Assembly (NCBI GenBank): GCA_023515725.1
Contig: JALDTO010000057.1
Location: 310,001 to 374,000, forward strand
Source: Amoeboaphelidium protococcarum X5
Lineage: Eukaryota; Fungi; Aphelidiomycota
DNA length: 64,000 bases
Direction of reading: 5' to 3'
The position numbers and the translations under genes are program-made. Shown here one piece after another: positions 53,166 to 64,000 of the stretch. Each line of letters begins with the position of its first letter. Position 1 is the first letter of the stretch. The notes beneath the pieces are model-generated. The model saw only the letters and a list, made by a program, of their open reading frames with translations. It was not told where the DNA came from and searched no databases.

Positions 53166-53885
53166 TCAATCTTTCAGGAACTTCAAGGCACCAACAGCGA
53201 TGGCTGCAATGACAGCCGTAACGCCAGCCATCTTCAGCACTTGGTCATTTTTCTGCACAAAAGTTAGCCCCAGACCATGACGTTCAGGATCCTTCACGTA
53301 GTATTTGGCAAAGAAATCGTTCTGTATCCACAACAACTTGTTAAAAGCCAGTACAGTGCGCTATTCAACATCCTTGGGCAGATTCGCGTTCATCAGAGCT
53401 TGGACAATGAACGATGAAACATATGTAAACAAAGCGGAGCAGTGGATATACTCAACCTGGATTTTAGACGCCTTGCCAGAGTAGTCAGTGTGGATCTTGC
53501 CAACATAGTCCAGGTATCTGACAAAATTGTCATCATACTTGCCAGTCACCAGCTTCTTCAGGTACTTGCCCAGAAAGTCTTTGCGAAATTTGATCTAATC
53601 ATTATCCAGATGCAGATCCTTCAAGTTATGAGCCACTTACCCCTTGAAAGAGGAGTTTCTTTGCGTGAACACAGCCTTTGTCAAATCGAAAGAGAACAAT
53701 TTAACGTACACCGCGTCAACAATAGCTGGTACCAGAGGTTCAACCAAAGGTGCAGAGTCGTGGATAGCCTTGATATCATCTTCACCAAATTCTGCAAACT
53801 TTGCCAGATACTGAAAACGGTAGACAACGTCAGTGTACAAGCGCTTAGCATCAATAGATTCGCAAGTTGGATCTGCAACGGTCAT
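53166..53885 (-). CDS. Protoglobin/globin-sensor-domain protein with C-terminal hydrophobic tail
   Basis: YRFQYLAKFAEFGEDD, IVDAVYVKLF, YLDYVGKIHT (proximal His), AFNKLLWIQNDFF; tail VTAVIAAIAVGAL. Confidence 0.85.
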
Positions 53886-54500
53886 AACTATAAAGTGAAA
53901 TATATAATGTCTTACTTAGAGTCAATAGGCTGAATAAAAAAGAGATTTTAAATGAGAGTTCAATGCCGACCGTGTGAATCAATATAATCGCGAGATCAAC
54001 AAAATTTGTTTATGACAGCATCGGACTTTCCAACCGAGCCGAGACCCAAAGCCTCGGCCGACTTCGGTTATTTGAATGGATAATCTGAAAAAGCAGCGTC
54101 AGCTTCCGATGTATGATTATCTTCTGGGACTGATATTTATTTCGGAACCGACATTTTTAGCTTATGGCTTGAAGTGATTTCTCAGTCATCGTTATGCAAA
54201 ACTTAAACACACAACGATAGAAATGACAGTTATTTGGGGTGGTTTCGGCTTATTGATGGGAATATAATCTTTCTTAAAAGAGCTTTACACATCTAGCGCG
54301 TGACTTACTGTAATGGAGCAATCAGCATAGAGTGGCTTAAAAGTTTTAGCGCCGCGAGTCTCCCGTTTCGGCAAAAACGGCACAAACTTGAAACGGGTCG
54401 CTAGCTGACTTGTTTAAATCACGAAAGCTCCTTTTCGCTGAAACAAGTCACCTGCTTGTTTCCGTAAATATAAAATTTTGTTTCAGCCCATTTATCAATT

Positions 54501-56315
<1,815 letters not shown>

Positions 56316-56619
56316 TGATAAAGCTGGTTTAAAACAGATAAACTATGTGGTGTTTTGAGTTTAATGATGCTGTAATGTATTGATAATTTTCATATGGCAT
56401 TATTGTATCTAATGTGCAATTAAAAACTTATCATCTTTCTTATGCATGCCAGATATTTTAAACTTTAAGCCCGGAGATCAATCGACGATCTTCAGTGTAG
56501 TCAGGGATGAATAATGAATGATCTGAAACGAATGAATCAGCAGCCAATCAGACAAATTAATGGTGATTAAAGAATTTTGTTCTTTATCAATTGTTGAAAA
56601 TTCACCCTCTGCTCATAGG

Positions 56620-58104
56620 ATGGCTCATTCGAGTATCAAGACCAAATTATGGCACTTCATCTTACCGCTTTGGACCGTTATTATCATGGCATGTGTTGCA
56701 ATTAAGGTATTCTGTATGTGTTCGTTTGACTGGCTTCGTACCTTGAAATCGCATGAACAAGATCGATCCATGCCATCAGGACATTGTTCAGAGACGTATA
56801 TACATCATAAACGGCATCCTCAATGGTCTTTTGGCTAATTTGTCACTATAAATATTTTGGAGCATGTGATGAGACAGGATTTGGACGTTATCAGATGTGG
56901 TACTAAACTCAGTCATTATCTGGCACGATTTGTGCATATTCTGCCTTTCATGCGCATCGGACTTGCGCGTATCACTGTCTAATCTAATGGCGATGAAGGT
57001 GATGCCGCTTGGTCTGGCATATAAATGTACTGGAAGAAGAATGGCCGTGATTTTGGTCCTCTTTAGCGATCTAATGTTAGTAGCGACTCTGTACTTCCGA
57101 TGCATAATCGCTAGGTCGATGAGCCAGAAGCTGTGATATTGTTCTGTCATGGCGGTGGATTCTGTGCAGGGACAGCTTTATAATCTTTTTGGGCCCTGCG
57201 CAATATTTTGATACAGATGAAGAAGCGATACAAGTACACTAATGTACGAATTGTGTGCGTGGAGTATGATTTGGCTCCCGAGCACACTTACCCGAATGCT
57301 CTGCTGTAGGCTTACTCGGCTTTCAATTACTTTCATCGTGCTGGTCATAAAGTTATCATTATGGGCGACTCTGCAGGCGGCCATTTGGCTTATAGCGTCT
57401 TGATACATGATGGAATACTGCGTGATGATCATCAGATGAAGTCTACTGATTTCGCAGTCTCCGATAATGCTCTGCCAGTTGCACCAGATTCCATCAGTAG
57501 AGCTGCTGGAATTCTCACTATAAGTCCCTCTGTGCATCCATTCTCTTTCCCCCGTTTACTGCGCTATTATTCTACCAACATTAATTATGATTTCCTTCAT
57601 CCCATCCATTTGAAAGCCTTCTCTGCCGCGTTCATAAGTGGCAAATGGATCCATCCCTTTAGTCATGGTTATTATTCTAAAGCAGTTTATGGAATTTTTG
57701 AGACTTTTCAGTCAACTGAGGGTGAAGATGCCACGCGTGCTGACATGGAATCCTCGCGTGAATAGGTGGAAGTTGAGATTATGCTGCGGGATGTTCCAAG
57801 TCCACTTAAGTAGAATATTAATCAAGTTGCCCCTGCGATGGTTGATCCATAGTTGATGAAGCGATATCTGCCACCCAGATCAATGATTATCTGTGGCAAT
57901 GGTGAGCTATTGTACCCAGACATTAAGAGATTTCATGAAAGAATTAATGAACTAAGCAGTCCTGGGGATGAGTCAATTCAAGTGGTATCTATAGCTGCTG
58001 GAGTACACGATTATGCAATGTTAGTTCCCGGCAAAGATTCTAAATTGGCAATGGATCAGGGAATTGAGTACATTGCCAAGTGTCTTAATTTATCCTCTAA
58101 TTGA
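56620..58104 (+). CDS. Alpha/beta hydrolase, HSL family (Say1-like)
   Basis: HGGGF, EYDLAPEHTYP, GDSAGG, GVHD; an in-frame ATG at 56560 is an alternative start. Confidence 0.88.
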
Positions 58105-58184
58105 AAGAATACCGAGTGATTTAGATGTAAACTTAACATATTAAAGTTGACTATTATTAAATTTGATAAGCATGATTATCATTA

Positions 58185-59574
58185 TCAATGTTTCGGTGCA
58201 ATCTTGCCATAAATCAAAGCACTGGACGTCATCAGGACGGCAAGCGGCAATGCAGTCAAAAATGCCAACACTGAGTAATACAAATTGGAAGTGGGACTCA
58301 TCTTGAACTTCCCCTACAATACCACACAATTTACCCACTTTCCAAATCTATAAAACGCGTAATAGAAAGCAAACAGGAGATAGTACAACATTGGCTGATT
58401 GGTCACCTGCCAGATCCAACTCAAATGTGAAATCGGATTGGTGTATAGAAGCACAACAATTATAGTCAATGGAACAAAGACAGCAACGAGCAGACGACGA
58501 TACTTGACATTCTACTTATCACCCTCCAGATACTTTTACACGACGGGTAAACTCCACATTGGACCAAGGCAGACCAGTAACAAGAAACTGCTAAAGAACA
58601 TTTTAAACAAGATGCCATCAAACAGATTCTGGCAATATGCCACCGTAGCTCCATGGACCCAGATCATAATCTCTAGAAAGAATGTCCAATACTTTTAAGA
58701 ATGACCGCGCTGGTATAACAAAGAGCTCTGATAGTATAATAGAAAGGTGTGAAAGAACCCGGTGGCATGACTGAGCGTGACTTCCATTGGATGATGCCAG
58801 AAATTCACAGTAATACCAAATATGGAGATGTAGCCATGATACTCCTTCAGAAAAAGTCCAAATTCCTCAATCTCCGATTTGAAAGACTATGGAGTCCAAT
58901 TGAGGATAAAGCCTCTGGTTCTGCATCTGAATATGTAAACAACTGCCAGCGAGGTGACACCAGAAAACAGGGCACTGATCGACGGGAACACTGCAGATAG
59001 ACCGTCATAATACATGTGAGTCTAGAAGAAGTGAACAATTGTAAAGAACACGTTCCAGCGCAGCATCTCTCGTGCATAAGGATTCCACTCAGGACCATCA
59101 GACCAATCAATCTCGCCACGCAGTTTGGCTGCCCGTGCCTGATAGATCAAATACCATTGACCACTCAGATGTGTGATAAAACACGCCCAAGGTATCATGA
59201 TGCTAAGTACGGAAGGGTTGATCTATCTAAATGGGTACATGAACGGGAACGTATATCCGACACTACACACACATATCATATATTACACAGATATGAATGA
59301 CGTGTTAAATGAACAATATTTAGATAATACTACAAGCTTACATGTCAAATATACCCAATCCCAATTGACCGGGTTTAGGAGATCCATTAAATAGATCATC
59401 TAACCAAGACTGTCCTTCGCGGCGTGATAACGCAGTAGTGCTTACGATAAGAGTCATGACAAGAGCACTGATCAGATAGAACGCGTGAAATTGCACATTG
59501 ATACCCAGAAATTTGACAGGCAATGATGGAGCATGGGGATCCAATTGAGATACTTGCTTCTTAGTACCAGCCAT
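58185..59574 (-). CDS. Uncharacterised polytopic membrane protein with conserved-looking His motifs (intron 59263-59341)
   Basis: About 10-12 hydrophobic segments; HFFQTHMYYDGL, EYHGY, FWHHPME, HATGFFH, WTFFLE..WVHG; largely absent from the standard-code track. Confidence 0.7.
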
Positions 59575-60018
59575 ATTAAATCTGTGACTCGTTCTGAATT
59601 TCTCGATAACAATCAGACAGAAATTTAGAGATTTGCGCTAATGCTAAGGTGGATGAGTGGGGATCTATAATTCATTCAGAGACCTTTTGATATTTTACTC
59701 CAGTCAGGGGTAAATATGACATATCGCAAAACGCTTATGTTACGCCATGTGCTTTTCTAAACGACCAGCTTCCTAAGTTCCAAGCACTATCAATGTATAA
59801 AACTTACTACCTAGATGACCTTCCATTAAGTTGGTGTTACTATTCTGGTACATCCCACTTGATTGATTGATATATTAGATAGCTGTCAGTGTCCAATCAG
59901 GCACTTGAGCTTTTGATCTAATCGATTTCCCATTAAAGCTATTCACCTCAATTCTGGCTTTTTACTCTGATTATCTCTCTGTAATAAACTCTTTACTCAC
60001 GTGCACATTTATTAAATT

Positions 60019-62076
60019 ATGTCAATGATGGTGCCTTTGAGCAAGTAAAAGTTGCTGGTAAGAGTAGTCCTTGTAGCGTTAATATTATTTGGTCTCCATC
60101 AAGTGATACATTACTCGTTCATGGTTCAACGGCCCATGGACACGAAATCATCGTCATCGTAAAGTTCATTGAATGGCTTTAGTTCACTCATTCTTTCAAA
60201 AGATACTCAATCTGTGGCATCTGACTCTGATAGTAATAAGGAAGAAGATGAGCATGAGAGATTATCAACTAATCGCGAAAGTATTACTGAATATTAGTAA
60301 CAGGTTGCATTGTCCAATAACGGAAAAGAAGGCGATAATTTGCCGCTGGTAAGATCATGGGGAGAAGTTGGCAGAGACTGTTCAGATGGACAATGTTTAA
60401 AGGATTCGTCTGGTTAGGATAGTGTTGATATTGTGAAAGGCGATACTATCAATTATGAATAGGTGAACAACATAAGGAAGCCTTGTGGAGTCCACTTGGA
60501 GAGAAATTCCCATTTCGTTAATCGAGAGCTGTGGTAATCTCTGAGCGCGTCTGATTTGGCCAAGAAATCTGATGAACTTGAGCGATATATTAAAGATGAG
60601 CTTCCTCGATTTAATTATGATAATTACGGTTATAGCGGATACGGTATTGTGTTTGCAGCCAGTGGTGGCTCTCTGAATCGATGTCTTGTCAGTGTGAATT
60701 TGTTGAAGCAGCACCACCGCACCTCTCTGCCTATTGAAGTGTGGTACATTAGTGGCGAACTGGACAGAGAGCAGCTGGATCTCTTAGTTAAGGCTGGAGC
60801 TGAGCCTAGAGATGTGGTGGTAGAGTCGGCTAAATTCCCTGAACTGAATTTTTAAATATCTCATTCATACGGCTCGAGTAGGAATTACTAGATAAAGAGT
60901 ATGGTTCTACTGCTTACTAAGTTTTAACACGTCATCTACATGGACTCGGACAATAATGCTCTCCGCGATCCGGCCATTTTATTCCAACACGAGGCTTACA
61001 AGGCCACGGGTGCTATTTTCTGGAAAGATTTTTGGAAATTCCCCACCGATAATCCAATCTGGAAGATAATCGGCTAGGAGTGTCATGATGAGTTTGAACA
61101 AGAGTCTGGCCAGTTGGTCATTGATAAGCGAAGATCTTGGTAGTCGCTGCTACTTGCAACGTACTTGTAGATGGAGCACAAGTTCTACTTCACCATACTT
61201 CTCGGTGATAAAGATACTTTCCGTCTGGCATGGAAAGTTTTAAATCAACCGTATCATTACATTGAGAATCCACCCGCTATGGCTGGTAGAGTCAGATAAG
61301 GCAGATTTTGTGGTCATTCTATGGTTCAATTTGGCCCTGATGGTGAGTTGATGTTTGTGCACGCCAATGCTATGAAGTCTGCTAATGCGATCAAGTGCGG
61401 TAACACTTGGGAAAGTATAAAGTATTTACAACCACAAGAGCCTACTCAGATTATGTCTGTAAATGGAACTGATCAACTTCGCATCATCTCCGGCTATCCT
61501 GTCACTAATGAGTACCAAGGAGGACCTGAGCGTCCACTCGAGGAAGGAGGTATGGGGTAGGAGGTTTTAAATAATCCGTGCTTTGATTACTCCATTCAGA
61601 CTGTTGCTATTGACACCTCATATTCAGTTGTCGATACTCTAGGTGCTTAATAAGCTGTGGATTCTTACCGCTCCATACTTGAGCCATGGGTCAGTTATGC
61701 AAATGGTAGTTTTGCATGGTTCGAAGATAAGTACTATGATCTTGGTGGACCTGGCTCAGGTAATGCTCAGTATTGTGGGCAAGGTAGTATTGGAAATGGT
61801 GAGTGTCGCGATTCATCACTGTGTTGTTCATCTTCTGGATGGTGTGATAATTCTATCGATCACTGTGGTATTGGATGTCAGGGTGGTTTCTGTTTTCAAT
61901 CACGTACATTGCCTGTGCGTCTAGGACCGGAGTTTGAGTATTGCGGCAATGGTAAAGTTGGTTACGGTGTATGTCAAGATCCTAGCGCTTGTTGTTCCAG
62001 ATTTGGTTACTGTGGCTCATCAGTATCTCACTGTTCACGTGAGGTTTGCATAAATGGTCCATGTCTAACTCACTGA
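60019..62076 (+). CDS. GT71 (Mnn2-like) alpha-mannosyltransferase fused to two C-terminal hevein/CBM18 chitin-binding domains
   Basis: TM anchor; LPIEVW, YMDSDN, GAIFWKDFW, EQESGQLVIDK, GDKDTFRLAW, FCGHSMVQ; then CCSSSGWC...HCGIGCQGGFC and CCSRFGYCG...CINGPC. Confidence 0.87.
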
Positions 62077-62224
62077 GTGTTTCCATAAACCATATGGCAT
62101 TTTTTGTGATATAAATAGATCAATACAGTATAAAAAGAGATTCAACTCATAAAATTAAACCACAACTTTCCACAACTGTTCATTCAACAACAAAATACAG
62201 GCGCAAACTCGATCATAGGTCCTT

Positions 62225-64000
62225 TCAATGGTCCATACTGAGCAACCTTTGCAGCATGAGATCACTGTCTTGACTCTCCAATCCAGGCATGTTATCAACA
62301 ACTTGCATCAGAGATTGTTATTCACCACCGTTCACTTGACCCTTATTCTGTTATTGTTAATCAGTTTATGCCTCAGACAATAATGACAGCTAATCTGGAG
62401 TAATAGCAATATCGTGAGCTTTAAGAATAGCAGCCATCTGCATACAGCGCGTTTCCCAAATCTACTCTTGAGTCATACTACTATTCTATACATTTCCAGA
62501 ATCTTATTGCGCCAATAGCTGTAACAAATTCTAATCTTTCACGTGTTCAGACAGCTTCTAAGACAGGAGACTGATAATCTTTCGGCTCTGCGCCAACTCT
62601 TGACCCAACGAATGCACCTGACTAACAGCATCAAAATACAACTTCTCCTTCTCACCCAGATCATGTTCCAGAGTAGACATGACACCTTCAAATTATTACG
62701 ATAACTGTCGAGACTTCATCTAATTATTATTACTATTATTGTTATTACCGTCTATGCCACTACCATGAGACACCAAAGTCTGTTGGCTTGCATTGTTACT
62801 ACTACTATGTGGCAATATACTAGAGAATGCAGACGCGGTAGATGGAAGTCTAGGTAATTAGGAAGATGAATCACCAGACTATAACTGCTCAAGGCGTCTC
62901 TCAAACACTGGCTTGAGCATAACATCGTCCATACCGAAATCCACCGGTCTTAGTCCACATCTATTCGGCAGGGAGATGTCAGCATTACAAGCCTCAATCA
63001 GCATCTCCACCAGGTTGCGATTACTCAAGCGGGATGCAATATTCAACGCAGTGTCACCATTCTTATCCTAAATGTCAATAAGAGACTCGATATACACAAA
63101 GTCTGGAGATACGGCAGCTGATGCCTGAGAAGAATCATCAGGCAGAGTTGGTGCTAATATGGCAGATGGTTCACGCATAAATTACAAAAGAGTGTCCAGG
63201 TAGTACTTTGCCGCCTGGGCTCTTCCTTTGATACCGGCAGTCAGGACGATGTGATGCAGCACAGTACGTCCCTTCTTATCTCTGAGGCCAATAACTCGCG
63301 GACCAAGCGTTGCCAGCAGATCACCAAAGCAGTCAGATTCAAAGCAATTGGTCACCAGCACAGCTCTGACAAGCGCAGATTCGCCATTAAAATTCTAGCG
63401 AGTCACGTCAGCACCAAGATTACCGATAAGCATTCTCAACACCGTGATCCGAGCCAATGCACTCGCCCAATGAATAGCAGTATGGCCTTGGTCATCGATG
63501 ATCATATCTGCATCCATGTCGGCAGGTGGACTGGGATTAGTCAATAGCGGAGGCACTTTATGGGATTCATGGTTGAGGAAAACAGACATCAAAATGGCGC
63601 GGTACTTTTCAGCATTAGACGGGGGAGCGGAATTTCCATAAAAGCCACCATTGTTGTTGGTACTGTTATTAGACTGCACATGTGAATTCTAGCTGTTGGA
63701 CACGGTGGATTGAGAATTGCCTGGACGGTCAGCCGCAGTCTGACTGGCATTGGACAGCTTTCGCTTCTTGCTGGGCGTCACTTCAAACATGGCGCGATCT
63801 TCCTCTCCTTCGGGCGGCACAAACTCGAGCAGATCAGCCAGAATTCCATCCACGCCATACTGACGGGCCACGCCGACACCGCGCTCAAACGGCACCCATG
63901 TACCTTAATACTTACCGTATCCACCCTGCACTTTCTCAAAGACTGCATTGGGCACTTAAATCTCACGCTCCAGGATTTTAGTGCGGCGACCCTTTTCAAT
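62225..64000 (-). CDS. MBF/SBF transcription factor (APSES/KilA-N plus ankyrin repeats; Mbp1/Res-like), 5' end outside window
   Basis: RTKILERE...EKVQGGYGKY(Q=TAA 63905-63907)GTWVP; DDQGHTAIHWASALAR; DKNGDTALNIASR. Confidence 0.92.

Overview
Gene-dense eukaryotic nuclear DNA from an early-diverging fungus-like opisthokont that uses a non-standard genetic code: TAA and TAG are read as Gln and TGA is the only stop (translation table 6 type). This is why the supplied standard-code ORF track is broken into fragments. Re-read by hand with UAR=Gln, the window gives 37 apparently intact protein genes, 1 frameshifted trypsin-like pseudogene and a tRNA-Gly(UCC). All 38 reading frames end in TGA, and introns are short (about 47-80 nt, GT-AG). 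Fungal-type genes plus UAR=Gln match what is known for the aphelid Amoeboaphelidium protococcarum (inference, not verified). Housekeeping genes include ACO1, ureG, ARL5, PIG-U, ARPC3, ERG12, shugoshin, PRE2, PRE7, DEF1-like, RPO41, POLD3, GCP3, RPB9, VMA4, RIB7, a KIN4-like kinase and an Mbp1/Res-type factor. Unusual items: a strongly extended 3' splice consensus (TGTAG in 17 of 20 inferred introns); an intact ~1270-codon DUF6729/KDZ-type transposase written in the host code and flanked by palindromes; a ~400-bp diverged direct duplication of the POLD3/GCP3 junction bracketing a 1.4-kb insert; sulfotransferase-GT77 and GT71-hevein fusions; and a tandem pair of orphan 7TM proteins. Gene models were built by manual translation, so start codons and intron borders are best estimates.
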